A DNA stretch of 63,930 bases, filler included, from Octopus bimaculoides (taxonomy: Eukaryota), in NCBI RefSeq assembly GCF_001194135.2. It is 4 parts of 4 records of this genome, joined end to end, with 100 filler letters (N's around TTAATTAATTAA, not from the genome) between each part and the next. Parts side by side here need not be neighbours in the genome. Positions count along the whole stretch, not along the records: positions 30,964 to 53,670 come from NC_068995.1; 3 more parts are not named here. The stretch is one strand, 5' to 3'. A model generated the notes under the pieces. The model had not been told where the DNA came from. It made no database searches and was given only the letters and a program-made list of their open reading frames with translations. The position numbers were made by a program, and so were the translations under genes. Below are positions 35,170 to 48,859 of the stretch, piece after piece (position 1 is the first letter of the stretch; the number at the start of each line of letters is the position of its first letter).

Positions 35170-35625
35170 ATTATCATCATCAACATCGTCGTCATCATCG
35201 CTGTTGTCGTTTAACGTCCGCTTTCCATGCCGGCATGGGTCAGACAGTTTGACGGAGGTCTGGAAAGCCAGTGGCTGCATCAGGCTCCAATCCAATCCAG
35301 CAAAGGTTCTACAGCTGGATGTCCTTCCTAACGCCAACCACTCCGAGGGTAGGGTGCTTTTTACGTGCCACCGGCATGAGAGCCAAATAAACAGTACTGG
35401 CATTGGCCAAGCTTGAATAGTGCTTTTTACGTGCCACCGGTGTGGGAGCCAATCAGGCAGCACTGGCAACGACCACGCTCGAATGGTGCTTTTTATGTGC
35501 CACCAGCACGGGACCAGTCAGCTGGCAATAAACACTAAGACTCCTGCTCAAAGTACCTCACGGTGGTACCGAACCTCAAACCACACAGTTACTAAGTGAG
35601 CTATTTAACCATGTAGCCATGCTCG
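35170..35625 (-). mobile_element. SINE-like family 4 with internal subrepeats and (GAT)n tail
   Basis: tRNA-like head at ~35540-35620 (minus), three GTGCTTTTTACGTGCCACCGG-like subrepeats and CTACAGCTGGATGTCCTTCCTAACGCCAAC; homologous to 42040-42560, 48505-48670 and 49745-49990. Confidence 0.75.
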
Positions 35626-36461
35626 TGCCTAGCTTTGCATAAGGACAAAAACAGAAATAAATGGATGCCAAACAAAAGAAAAATGAATGAATACTAAATA
35701 GTTGGGTTTTCTGTGTTTNNNNNNNNNNNNNNNNNNNNNNNNNNNNNNNNNNNNNNNNNNNNNNNNNNNNNNNNNNNNNNNNNNNNNNNNNNNNNNNNNN
35801 NNNNNNNNNNNNNNNNNNNNNNNNNNNNNNNNNNNNNNNNNNNNNNNNNNNNNNNNNNNNNNNNNNNNNNNNNNNNNNNNNNNNNNNNNNNNNNNNNNNN
35901 NNNNNNNNNNNNNNNNNNNNNNNNNNNNNNNNNNNNNNNNNNNNNNNNNNNNNNNNNNNNNNNNNNNNNNNNNNNNNNNNNNNNNNNNNNNNNNNNNNNN
36001 NNNNNNNNNNNNNNNNNNNNNNNNNNNNNNNNNNNNNNNNNNNNNNNNNNNNNNNNNNNNNNNNNNNNNNNNNNNNNNNNNNNNNNNNNNNNNNNNNNNN
36101 NNNNNNNNNNNNNNNNNNNNNNNNNNNNNNNNNNNNNNNNNNNNNNNNNNNNNNNNNNNNNNNNNNNNNNNNNNNNNNNNNNNNNNGGTGGTGGTATGGT
36201 GGTGGTTGTGGTGGCGGCGCCGGTCGTTGTGGCGATAGTGGTGGTGGTGGTGGTGATGATGGTGACAGTCATGGTCATTGTGGTAGTAGTGGCGTTGTTG
36301 TTGGTGGTGATGGCGATGGTGGCGGTTGTAGCGGTTGCGATGGCAGTTGTAGTGGTGATGTGTTTAGAGTGTGTGGTATGCATGTTTCATGCGGTGGTTA
36401 GAAAATGTTGATGTGTGTGTGTGTGTGTGTATGTATGTGTGTGTATGCTTGTGTATGTGTA

Positions 36462-36496
<35 letters not shown>

Positions 36497-36574
36497 ATGC
36501 ATGTGACTGTGTCTGTGTGTTCATTTGAACGATTTGGCATGAGTTTACATATATATATCTGGTGTATCTGATGT

Positions 36575-37020
36575 GTGTGTTTATTGGGACATATATGCTG
36601 GTGTACAGGCACATGTTTGTGTGTGTGTGTATATGTGTGTGTGTGTACAGGCTTATGTTTGTGTGTGTGTGTATGTGTGCAGGCACATGTTTATGCGTGT
36701 GTGTGTTTACAAGCACATGTTTCTGTGTGTGTATGTGTGTGTACAGGCACATGTTTGTGTGTGTGTGTGCGTATGTATGTGTGTACAGGTACATGTTTGC
36801 ATGTGTGTGTATGTATGCAGGCTTTTGTTTATGTGTGTGTATGTGCACAGGCACATGTTTATATGTGCGTTTGTACTGACACATGTTTGTGTGTATATGT
36901 GTGCAGGCACATGTTTATGTATGTGTGTGCAGGTGCATGTTTATGTATGTGTATGAGTGTGTGTGTTTATGTGTGCATGTGCAGGCACATGTTTGTGTGT
37001 GTGTGTATGACAATGTACAT
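36575..37020. repeat. GT-rich minisatellite with recurring TACAGGCACATGTTT core
   Basis: About a dozen units of roughly 30-40 bp made of (CA/TG)GGCACATGTTT plus (GT)n. Confidence 0.8.
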
Positions 37021-37095
37021 TTGAGTGATCTGGTGTGTGTTTGCATGCACCTTTGTATAGAGGTACCTATATGCATTTATTTGTGTGTCATGCAC

Positions 37096-37149
<54 letters not shown>

Positions 37150-37679
37150 GTGTGTATGTGTGTGTGTGTGGCTGTTGGAATGACATGATGTGCTTCGTGG
37201 TGTATTTTAATTGATTTCTTATATGTGTATTTTCATTGGAAACTGTATTTGTGGGGCTTCTGTGTGTCTGCCTATTCATAGAAATGCATTAATATGTGTG
37301 CATTTGTGTTTTACTCCTTATGTGTGCGTGTGTATTTATGTATCTATATGTAGGCCAGATATATTCATGTATTTGTGTGTGTGTGTGTTTGTTAGCTCGG
37401 CTTCTGTGTGTGTGTGTGTGCACACCTGTTGGTGTGTGTGGTTGTATATGTGTATGTGTGCAGGTACAAGTGTATGTATGAGTGTATGCATGTGTGTGTC
37501 TATATATCTATACATAAGACAGATACATTCATGTGTGTGTGTGTGTGTGTGTGTGGTTGTGCACCTGTGTGTGTGGTTGTGCATGTGTGGTTGTTTATGT
37601 ATCTATACACAGACCAGATATATTAATGTGTGTGTGTTTGCATGTGCTTATGCATCTATACGTAGACCAGATATATTTG

Positions 37680-37715
<36 letters not shown>

Positions 37716-38987
37716 CTTTTATGCATCTTTTGAGATTGTATGATGGCAGTTGATGTGTGAATTTATTAAAAAGGAAGGAAAGAAAGATATTTGTTTTTTT
37801 CTTTTGCTGGTTGTTTTTGATAGCAAGCTATTTTTGATGTGATTTATTGAATGGCTGTATGGTCATTTATTTGGGACATGAAGGGGATATTTCTGCCAAG
37901 TGAGTTTGGGGGATGGGATGTCACTCTTACATTATTGCTCATTCAGGCAAGAAATATTATTTGAAAAGAAATAAAAAGCAACAGAAAAAGAAAATACAAT
38001 ATTCTACTGACATTTCATGATACTCTTGGAATGTTGTCATCATGATATTTAAGGATGTATTTGCATATGTGGAGGCACGAAGAAATGAATTCTATGTACT
38101 TATTCAATGTTCTGGTCTGGTGTTCCAGGATTGCAAGCCTTTCTGGGGTAAATAGCCTACAGAGTGTATTTGATTGTGTTTGTATTTGATTGTAAGCTGA
38201 TGGTTTATTGAACAGTTACCATTTGACGATATTGTTATTTTATAAAAATTGGATATATGTAGCTAGTCTTCTATCCAATCTTCCTTGCTATGTTGTCCTA
38301 AAGGTATAATAATGTTTCTTCTTAAATTAGTTACTTGTCATTCGTATATAATCAAAGTGTTTTGGTTAATGTTATATTTGACAGTAGCTTTGTATATAAC
38401 TGACTAGGCATACATTTCCATTATTGGTTTGGGTTTAGTGGTTCAAATTATTCTTCATTTTCTAGTGATTAATGGATGCTAGAGTTTTGGAGAAGTTTGT
38501 TGGTTTTGAGTTAGATTGGGTTAATGGTTTTCCTGCCCATATGTCCAGAGGAAAGTAGATTCATATAAGCTAGAAAAAGGTTTTGTCCATTAATGTTGTT
38601 ACAGGCTTTGATTATGGTGGATTAAACCATGTGTATTTTTTTGCTTTCTTTTGCATTTCTTCCTGTTGAATTATGTGTATATGTTATTTAATAGTTTCTT
38701 TGAAACCATTAGCTAATAGAGAAATGTTTTATATATTCACTATCTCATCCACGATACTACACACTGATCTGAGCAAATGCATCTCAGCTATCTCATAATG
38801 TGATGACTATTTGTATATATGTCTATGTGTGCTTTTAAATATTTGTGTGTGTGTGTATATACATATATAGCCTCATCATCATTTTATGTCTGCTTTCCAT
38901 GCTGGCATGAGTTATATATAAGGCTAAGCGCTTTATGGATGTGAAACCATTGGTCACTGTATAACCAGTCATATAATTAACTTCCTG

Positions 38988-39023
<36 letters not shown>

Positions 39024-39040
39024 TATATATATACAGCGAT

Positions 39041-39305
39041 ATAGCCAGGGGCTTCCTATCGTTAATGAAGAAACATTTCCCTAGAGGCCATAAGTATCAC
39101 AAACTCTTCAATCCCCATGTCAAGGTATTCTACTCCTGCTTAGACAACATCACATCTAACATCGCACACATCAACAGATGTAAGAACGCACCCGCACAAC
39201 GCCAACCTGCAACCTCCGAAACCCTGCCACCTGCCCTCTAGGAGGGTCCTGCCTCTCAAGGGCTGTAGAATACAGAACCACCCTCACACCATCAGAGGGC
39301 ATCAC
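39041..39305 (+). mobile_element. Penelope-like element fragment (RT-to-GIY-YIG linker)
   Basis: IARGFLSLMKKHFPRGHKYHKLFNPHVKVFYSCLDNI..HIN, then after a frameshift CPLGGSCLSRAVEYRTTL. This matches the Penelope KHFP..HKIFN..KVSYSC..CPL.G.CL pattern. Confidence 0.8.
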
Positions 39306-40399
39306 TAGGCAATTCACATTCATATACACATGCACCTGTACATGTACATGCATGTACAATGCACACTTATGTGTGCATATGCTCATGTGCATATGTACAT
39401 AGACATAAATGTGTGTGCATGTCCCTGTGTGTGTGCGTGTGTGTGTTTGTGTGCCAATGTGTGTATATGTATATATGTACGCATGTATGCATCTCTGCTA
39501 TTCTCTCCACGCTCGTCTTCTCACAGTAATAAATCCTCTTTTGCCTTGCAAGCTACAAGGTACCTCACTGGTGATGGTGCCATGAAGAATTCACCGAGTG
39601 TACTGAGTAAAAGCCGATTAGCGTCAAGATCAGAGTTCCAGGCATAGGAACCACACCAAATCTCATATATCAGAACTGTTCCTCTAATATGTTTGATCCT
39701 GCCAAACCATCCAACCTAAGCCTGCATTGAAAGCGGATGTTAGATGCAGCTATTGCCAATGATACACTCACACACACACATGCACACACACACACACATA
39801 CACACACATTTATCATACAAGAGCAAGAAGCAGGAAGGAATGAAATCACAAGATTTTCAATGAATGAACATGAAAGGGGGGTTGAGAAAAGGCCAAAACT
39901 GATTTGTTTTTTTTTTTTCCTGTCTAATATGGTATATGGCAAGTTTAGACAATCCCATGCCAGTATGAAAACGAGAATTCAAATTCTAATACTGCTGCTA
40001 TTGCTGCAACTGAAAATGATGATGATGATGATGATAATTGTAATTGTAGTTGTTAGTTGTTCTTTTGAACCCGGCCAGCCCTTATCGGACAGATTTACGT
40101 TCAAAAATATTCCAACACCAGCTATCTAATCTTCTATTAAATAAAATATATAGTTTGTGTGTGTGTGTGTGAGACTAAATTATTCAATGTAGTCATTTAC
40201 CAGAAACAATAGTGTCAGATAGGGTGGAAATTTGGCTGCTATTTCTTGTAGGTTGAACATCCATGTACAGGTTCCCATCTTCGGTTCATAGTTTATTACC
40301 GTTTATATACAGTGCAGATGAAACTTAATCAGATAATTGAATATAACCGTGTCAAAAATGCCATATACATGGTACGAAGCATGAAATAGCTAATTATTA

Positions 40400-41060
40400 T
40401 CATGGATATAAACCTTTCAAATAATGATATTTAAGGTGCTACAAATTATGTTATTTAAACACCATAATCATGATATTTACACTTGGAACATTGGTACAAG
40501 AATAAAATTATGGTATATAAATGCTATAAACTGTGATATTTAGATAATATAAATAATGATATTTAAGTATACAATATTGGTAATAAAGAACTGAATTATG
40601 ATATATATGCACTACAAACTTTGAAATTTAGGCAAACAAAATTATGTTACATTTACACTACAAACTATAATATTTGGGCACTGAAAATTATGGCATTTAA
40701 GAATGAAATGTTGGTAGCTTAGAACTGAATATTGGTATATAAGCTCTATGAACCATGGTTTTTAAGCATAAAATTTTGGTACTTAACTACCAAATTATAA
40801 TTTATAATTACTACAAGTCTTGGAAATTAAGTACTATAAATTGTAGCATTTCAGAACTGCAAACTATTGTATTTAAGTGTCAAATTATAGTATTTAAACA
40901 TCGTAATACCATTATTTAGTTTTTATAATTATGTTATTTAAGGAAAAATATTTATGTTAATAATGTACCAAATTACAATAAATAAGCACCAGATTAATGT
41001 AATTTGCATCAAATTTGCATCAAATTTGCATCAAATTATAGTATTTACACCAACTTCTTT
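40400..41060. repeat. Cryptic, highly diverged AT-rich tandem repeat with a 21-23 bp period
   Basis: Successive units such as TATGGTATATAAATGCTATAAAC / TGTGATATTTAGATAATATAAAT / TATGATATATATGCACTACAAAC; approximate consensus TATGGTATTTAAGCACTACAAAT. Confidence 0.7.
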
Positions 41061-41546
41061 GTTTATTTGTTTGCTTCCCCGCTTCTGAGTTCAAATGCTG
41101 TCCCAGGAAGACTGTAATATTCATATCTCCTGTGCTGATAAAGTAAATACAATCACTCCACAGTGCTTGCTGTCATCAATAGTTATTTCTTCGAAATATT
41201 TGGCATCATGCCCAAATAAGGAATCAATACACACACACACACACATATACATGTGTGTGTGTGTTTCTCCGTGTGTATGTGTCAGAATGTATGTATGAGT
41301 TTGTGAGTGTTCATGCTTGTCTATGAGTATATGAGTGTGTGTGTAGCGGTAGAAGTGTGCCTGTATAGTTAAATGTATATATTGATTCAAAAGAAATACA
41401 TAAACACATTTATATAGACATACACATAGACATATTTACATATATATATACACATATGAATACAGGAATGCACAAATAGATGAGCTTGTATCCATCTATG
41501 CATATACATAGATATATATACAAGAACACATACCTACATATATATA

Positions 41547-41594
<48 letters not shown>

Positions 41595-41688
41595 NNNNNN
41601 NNNNNNNNNNNNNNNNNNNNNNNNNNNNNNNNNNNNNNNNNNNNNNNNNNNNNNNNNNNNNNNNNNNNNNNNNNNNNNNNNNNNNNNN

Positions 41689-41751
<63 letters not shown>

Positions 41752-41855
41752 GAGGCATGTATATATATATATATATATATATATAGGTATATATACATGA
41801 GTGTGCATGTAGTAGTGTACATATACAGACATGCATACATGTACGCATGCATATA

Positions 41856-42032
41856 CATACACCCACATATATACATTTACAATCACATTATTGGACAGTA
41901 TCCACCTATTATCTTGACAGCTATTATGGTATAAAACATAAAACTTTGAGAAACAATAAACATTTCTACCAATAATATATATCGGTTTTCATTATCTTTT
42001 ATACATACATCACCACTTAATGTTCTACTATC
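41856..42032 (+). repeat. Left arm of a ~177-bp inverted repeat (partner 44603-44782)
   Basis: TTATTGGACAGTATCCACCTATTATC..AAACTTTGAGAAACAATAAACATTTCTACCAATAAT..CACCACTTAATGTTCTA is the reverse complement of 44603-44782 with few mismatches. Confidence 0.9.
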
Positions 42033-42039
42033 AACATCA

Positions 42040-42560
42040 TCCTCATCCTCATCATCGTTTAATGTCTGCTGTCCATGCTGGCATGGGCTGGATGGTTTGA
42101 TTGAGGACTAGCGAGCCAGAGGTTGCACCAGGCTCAATCTGATCTGGCAAAGTTTCTACAGCTGGATGCCCTTCCTAATGCCAACGACTCCAAGAGTGTA
42201 GTGGGTGCTTTTTACGTGCCACCAGCATGAAGGCCAGTCAGGCAGTTCTGGCAATGACCATGCTCGCGCTCAAAAGGTGTTTTTACATGCTACCTGCATG
42301 AGAGCCAATCCGGTGGCACTGGCAACAACCTCGCTCAAATGTTGTTTTTCACGTACCATCGGCGCATGATCCAGTAAGGCGACACTGGCAACGATTACGC
42401 TTGAATGGTGCTTTTCACATGTCACTGGCATGGAGCTAGTCCATGATCCTGGCAACAATCACGCTCAGATGCGCTTATAAAGTTCCACTGGCACAAGTGC
42501 CAATCAGGCAGTACTGTCATCGGCCATGTCAGCGATTTTGATTTGTTTACACTTCGCAAG
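42040..42560 (-). mobile_element. SINE-like family 4 with an expanded subrepeat array
   Basis: (CAT)n tail and TTTCTACAGCTGGATGCCCTTCCTAATGCCAAC, followed by ~6 GGTGCTTTTTACGTGCCACC..GGCACTGGCAAC units of ~55-60 bp. Confidence 0.8.
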
Positions 42561-42732
42561 CAAAGTCTATTGTCGAATGAATGAGGGGTATTCATAAGTG
42601 GGCTGGTTACACCCGCTGGCATAGGCCATGGGCTATGGTCTCACATGGTTTGTTGGGTCTTCTGAAGCACAGCATATCTCCAAAGGTCTCGGTGAGGCCC
42701 AATGTTTGATTAGATTCTTACATATGTGTGTG

Positions 42733-42782
<50 letters not shown>

Positions 42783-43555
42783 TGAGTATGTATAAATATA
42801 TAAGAAAATGAGACAACAATGAAATAAACAATTATCATGAGTTTCATTAGCTTATGGTTGTTTCTGCTGTAGGATGCAGTGGACAGCCTGAGTTACACCT
42901 TATAGCTTCATCAGAACTTTAAATATGAAGTGGAATTTATCTGGGTATTTATCTGTGAGACAGGAAAGAACAACAAAAGGAAATAAAAAGGGAAGTTGAA
43001 ACAGCAAATATACTCTTGACTATGTGCAGAGGGTATTTGAGAGTGTACAGAGGGGATTCTTATGCTGGGGTCAAGTTGGAAGAAGCAGACATAGCATCTT
43101 CTTGCTATAGAAAAGATACAGAACTAAAAATATTTGAAAATGCATTTGGAGTCTTTACATAAGATGCAGCTGTCATCCATGTTGTTTGGTGATTCATTCA
43201 CTGGTCTTATGCAGTGTTTTATTTTTGGCACAACTCTCATAGTCATTCTGTCCCGTGATCTTTTTTCCTCACGCACATCATCAATCAACCAAACTGTTTC
43301 ATAAGAGATGGCAATTTTCCTCGTGATCACTCGATAAGAATATGCAAATAATCAAATTCCATTCGGTGCAGAGATGAATACACACACAAATTTGAAAATC
43401 ATAATATTGTGAAACCAGTTAAATACATGGAAATAAATCATTTTAAGGAATACGAAACCATTTTTAAAAATTTCTATTTTTTTCTCCTTTTATAAAAGAA
43501 AAAGTTCTATTTATCTGTACACACACGCACATATGCATACATATATATGTGTGTA

Positions 43556-43592
<37 letters not shown>

Positions 43593-44430
43593 TATGCATA
43601 TTGAGTTCACTGGGACTTCAATTTTGCCATATTCAACCAGTGTGCTTGTATGAGCCACCTATGGGCCCATACAAGCAGACAAGTTTGCTTCAACCAAAAA
43701 TATATAATAAATTTTTCTCTACAACTAGTATTGGGCCATTTATAATTGTGTGTGCGCATGTGCTTGTGTGTGTTTATCATCCTCTGCACCACTCCACTTA
43801 TAGACACCACTCTGAAATCCTTTAAGTATATGCCCTGACACATCTTCATCACCAACATCGCCCCATCTCTCTCTCTTTCTCCCTGCTTTCTCATTTTTTT
43901 TTTTCCAAATGGTCTAGCCATATATCTCCTCTACAGCATGATATCTGTCTTTGTTCCTCTATCATATTCTGTGAGAGTGAGAGAGAGTTACACAAGGTCT
44001 CACACCCACAAAGCCAAAGCCATGTGGACAGCTCGTCAGACTCAATATGAATACAAAATTTTAAAATATCTGCATCCTAGAAGTGAGGAAATGCTCAGAA
44101 CTCAAGGAATACGAAAATATGTTAATGAGGACAGGTTATTTCCCGTTAATCAGAAGGGAGAAAAAAAACAAAACAAAACCCCTTATAGACTCAGAAAGGC
44201 CTAACAAGTAAATTTGGAGATCCAATTTTCTTTGTAAGTAGTGCTTGAAGTGGATATATTCAGAAAACAGTGCTTTCTGGCTGCTGAATGCGCCAGGCCT
44301 CTTATAGTCCTTAAGAACTTTGGTTCTCTCCACAATGCAGATCTTGCAACAGCCGTTATATGTGTGTGTGTGTGTGTATATAGATAGATAGATAGATATA
44401 TACATAGATTTTATACATATGCATACATGC

Positions 44431-44482
<52 letters not shown>

Positions 44483-44602
44483 AGCCAGGTTAGAAAACGG
44501 GCCTTTGATGATGATGATGTTGATGATGATGAGACACACACTCTCCCACACACACACACACAGGCACAAGCATATGTATATATATATATGTACCAGTATG
44601 TA

Positions 44603-44782
44603 GATAATAGAACATTAAGTGGTGATGTATGTATAAAAGATAATGAAAACCCGATATCTATATTATTGGTAGAAATGTTTATTGTTTCTCAAAGTTTTAT
44701 GTTTTATACCATAATAACTGTTAGGATAATAGGTGGATACTGTCCAATAACATGATTGTAAGTGTATATATGTGGGTGTATG
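44603..44782 (-). repeat. Right arm of the inverted repeat
   Basis: See 41856-42032. Confidence 0.9.
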
Positions 44783-44984
44783 CATATAGATGCTTGTATG
44801 CTATACATGTATAATTATATATGTATGTATGTGTATATGTGTGTATGTTATGCAAATGTAATGTACAGATATGAATATGTGGGGATATGATATTGGGAAC
44901 ATGAGTGGGAGGTGGGGGTCTTTATCTTCTAAATATATTTTCGCTTTGCAATTTATCTCGTTCTTTAGAAGTTTCTCTGTTTAG

Positions 44985-45170
44985 GTTTGGCTGTATGGTT
45001 ATAAATTTTGTTTTTTGAAACTACGTGGTTTTGGGTTCAATACCCACCACATTTGGCAATTTGACCATATTTTTGTTTTCTTTTTTTTTTATATTATAGC
45101 CACAAGCTGACCAAAGCCTGTGAGGGAATATGGTAGATGGGAAAAAATTTAAATAAGGCCCATCTCACAC
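44985..45170 (+). mobile_element. Degenerate SINE family 1
   Basis: Head TTTGGCTGTATGG..GGGTTCAATACCC and centre TATAGC..GACCAAAGCCTGTGAG..GGTAGATGG. Confidence 0.65.
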
Positions 45171-45225
45171 ACACACACACACACACATGTAATTGCATAC
45201 ACGCCCCCCCACCCCACATGCACAC

Positions 45226-45258
<33 letters not shown>

Positions 45259-45262
<4 letters not shown>

Positions 45263-45399
45263 CGGTGAGCTGGCAGAAGCGTTAGCATGCTGGGCGAAAT
45301 GCTTAGCGGTATTTCGTCTGCCACTACGTTCTGAATTCAAATTCCACGTGGTCGACTTTGACTTTCATCCTTTCGGGGTCAATTAAATAAGTACCAGTT
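45259..45399 (+). mobile_element. SINE family 2 (truncated by gap)
   Basis: GGCGGTGAGCTGGCAGAAGCGTTAGC..GTCGACTTTGACTTTCATCCTTTCGGGGTC. Confidence 0.88.
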
Positions 45400-46353
45400 N
45401 NNNNNNNNNTGGTAGAAATGTTTATTGTTTCTCAAAGTTTTATGTTTTATACCATAATAACTGTTAGGATAATAGGTGGATACTGTCCAATAACATGATT
45501 GTAAGTGTATATATGTGGGTGTATGCATATAGATGCTTGTATGCTATACATGTATAATTATATATGTATGTATGTGTATATGTGTGTATGTTATGCAAAT
45601 GTAATGTACAGATATGAATATGTGGGGATATGATATTGGGAACATGNNNNNNNNNNNNNNNNNNNNNNNNNNNNNNNNNNNNNNNNNNNNNNNNNNNNNN
45701 NNNNNNNNNNNNNNNNNNNNNNNNNNNNNNNNNNNNNNNNNNNNNNNNNNNNNNNNNNNNNNNNNNNNNNNNNNNNNNNNNNNNNNNNNNNNNNNNNNNN
45801 NNNNNNNNNNNNNNNNNNNNNNNNNNNNNNNNNNNNNNNNNNNNNNNNNNNNNNNNNNNNNNNNNNNNNNNNNNNNNNNNNNNNNNNNNNNNNNNNNNNN
45901 NNNNNNNNNNNNNNNNNNNNNNNNNNNNNNNNNNNNNNNNNNNNNNNNNNNNNNNNNNNNNNNNNNNNNNNNNNNNNNNNNNNNNNNNNNNNNNNNNNNN
46001 NNNNNNNNNNNNNNNNNNNNNNNNNNNNNNNNNNNNNNNNNNNNNNNNNNNNNNNNNNNNNNNNNNNNNNNNNNNNNNNNNNNNNNNNNNNNNNNNNNNN
46101 NNNNNNNNNNNNNNNNNNNNNNNNNNNNNNNNNNNNNNNNNNNNNNNNNNNNNNNNNNNNNNNNNNNNNNNNNNNNNNNNNNNNNNNNNNNNNNNNNNNN
46201 NNNNNNNNNNNNNNNNNNNNNNNNNNNNNNNNNNNNNNNNNNNNNNNNNNNNNNNNNNNNNNNNNNNNNNNNNNNNNNNNNNNNNNNNNNNNNNNNNNNN
46301 NNNNNNNNNNNNNNNNNNNNNNNNNNNNNNNNNNNNNNNNNNNNNNNNNNNNN

Positions 46354-46439
<86 letters not shown>

Positions 46440-47192
46440 CATACCATATCATCAGAGTAAGCAATGAAGGTGGAGAGAAGAGGTGAAGGAAGAGGAGGGG
46501 AGGAAAAAAGAGAAGCATGAGGATGGAGAAGGAGAGGGAGCAGAATGAGGAGGAGAGGAAGTGAGAGGAGGAAGAGAAGATGGAGTGAGAGGAAGAAGAT
46601 GAGAAGGAACAAGAGGAAGAGGAGGAGTGAGAAGGGGATGTGGTTGTTGATGGCGTGAGTGTTGATGGCAGTGATGTTGGCAATGATGTTAATGACCATA
46701 ATCATGATGACGGCAGCGGTGGCGGTGGTGGTAGTGGTGGTGGTAGCAGCGTTAATGATGATGATGATGATGATGACGATGACGACGACATTGGCGACAA
46801 CTGCTATGATTATGATATATAGACTCTCCTACAGTCGATATCCCGGTAGTAAATAGTGATTTTTGCATATATGCTACATGTATAGGTATAAAAAGATAAA
46901 ACACACACACACACACACACAAGAGAAAGAGAGATTTATGCATACAACAATTCTGGTATTCTACAATACATTCTTCCTAATCACAGACAATTTTTACCGA
47001 TCCATCAAACTGTCATTTGTGTGCCTGAAAGTCAAGATGGCAAAACTCCCCAAGAGTATATGTAATTTTCCGTGTCTATTAAAATTCTGATATTGTTTAC
47101 AGAATTCTAAATATTATCAATCTTATATATTCTTCCAGTATCGCCTAAAATTGGTTCTATGTTCTTCATTGTGAAAGAATCTGTAGAGAACT

Positions 47193-47600
47193 TTCTTATT
47201 TCTTTATTGCCCACAAGGGGCTAAACATGGAGGGGACAGACAAAGGGATTAAGTCGATTACATCGACCACAGTGCGTAACTGGTACTTAATTTATCGACC
47301 CCAAAAGGATAAAATGCAAAGTAGACCCCAGCGGCATTTGAACTCTGATCGTGAAGACAGACGAAATACTGCTAAGCATTTTGCCCGGCGTGCTAACATT
47401 TCTTATTTCTTTATTGCCCACAAGGGGCTAAACATAGAGGGGACAAACAAGGACAGACAAAGGGATTAAGTCGATTACATCGACTCCAGTGTGTAACTGG
47501 TACTTAATTTATCGACCCTGAAAGGATGAAGGGCAAAGTTGACCTCTGCGGAATTTGAACTCAGAACGTAAACACAGACGAAATACCGTTCAGCATTTTG
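47193..47600 (-). mobile_element. Head-to-tail dimer of SINE family 2
   Basis: Two units joined at GCTAACATTTC|TTATTTCTTTATTG (~47402), the same junction as at ~20635. Confidence 0.88.
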
Positions 47601-48504
47601 CCGGTTCACCATTGATGATGAGGTCAACAATGATGATGATAATGATGACAATAATCAGGGTGATGAGGATGATGAAGATGATGATGATGACGACAATGAC
47701 AGTGGTGGCATGGTGGTGATGATGATGNNNNNNNNNNGAGGGGACAAACAAGGACAGACAAAGGGATTAAGTCGATTACATCGACTCCAGTGTGTAACTG
47801 GTACTTAATTTATCGACCCTGAAAGGATGAAGGGCAAAGTTGACCTCTGCGGAATTTGAACTCAGAACGTAAACACAGACGAAATACCGTTCAGCATTTT
47901 GCCGGTTCACCATTGATGATGAGGTCAACAATGATGATGATAATGATGACAATAATCAGGGTGATGAGGATGATGAAGATGATGATGATGACGACAATGA
48001 CAGTGGTGGCATGGTGGTGATGATGATGATGGTGGTGGTGGTAGTGATGATGATGATGATGAGGATGATGATAAGCTGATGAGGATGATGATGAATAAGA
48101 TGGCGATGATTGATGATTGTTGGTCGATGATTGATGATATGCTTGAGTACAGGCGATGGTGGAGGTCCCAACATTATATGGGGAACAGGTAATAGGGAAG
48201 GGAGGGGGCAGACGGACAGGGAGACAGGCAGACAGGCAAGCAGACAGGCTGCAATTGTAAAGATTGATTAGGGTTAAGCTTGGATGACTGATGATTCGTG
48301 AGTTTGGGAAGATAGAGGGATGCAGAAGACTGCAGTGGGACTGGCATAGGACTGTGGAGAGGGACAACAGCAGGGGAAGTGAGATGGAGGGAACATGTGT
48401 ACACTTGCGCCTCCTCGTCTTGACAGCACACATGATAGTCGTAAATGAGTGTCATTGTCATACAAGCGGTGTAGTTCATTTCTGATATTCTGCAGAAAAA
48501 TGTT

Positions 48505-48670
48505 TGGTGACAGGGAACCATTACCTTGCTTGGAAACTGATGGAGTTTTGTGACAGGAAGAGCATCCAGCTGTAAAAAAAAAATTAAATAAAAAACTTCA
48601 TCGATGAAGTCTATCCACCCTATGCAAGCATGGAAGAGCAGATGTTCAAAATGATGATGATGATGATGAT
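48505..48670 (+). mobile_element. SINE-like family 4 tail
   Basis: GACAGGAAGAGCATCCAGCTGTAAAA..GCAAGCATGGAAGAGCAGATGTT followed by (GAT)n. Confidence 0.7.
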
Positions 48671-48828
48671 TGAGAAATCTTGAAATAAGGANNNNNNNNN
48701 NNNNNNNNNNNNNNNNNNNNNNNNNNNNNNNNNNNNNNNNNNNNNNNNNNNNNNNNNNNNNNNNNNNNNNNNNNNNNNNNNNNNNNNNNNNNNNNNNNNN
48801 NNNNNNNNNNNNNNNNNNNNNNNNNNNN

Positions 48829-48859
<31 letters not shown>

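Noticed and set aside
40400-41060. CRISPR-like array
   Set aside because: Eukaryotic context, no invariant repeat with unique spacers, and no cas genes.
43124-43330. Minus ORF with weak mariner-like words (ISYETV, RVVPK)
   Set aside because: Spacing and the remaining residues do not fit; cannot be supported without a profile search.
43920-44345. Possible host exon after TCTCCTCTACAG, or an old Tx1 3' fragment on the minus strand
   Set aside because: No recognisable protein, no paired splice donor, and only faint LINE similarity.
44666-45646. 44666-44906 repeated at 45410-45646
   Set aside because: The second copy is essentially identical and bounded by N gaps; probably an assembly duplication.
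47438-48027. ~290-bp tandem duplication (apparent third SINE unit)
   Set aside because: Identical copies around a 10-N gap; not counted as a real trimer.
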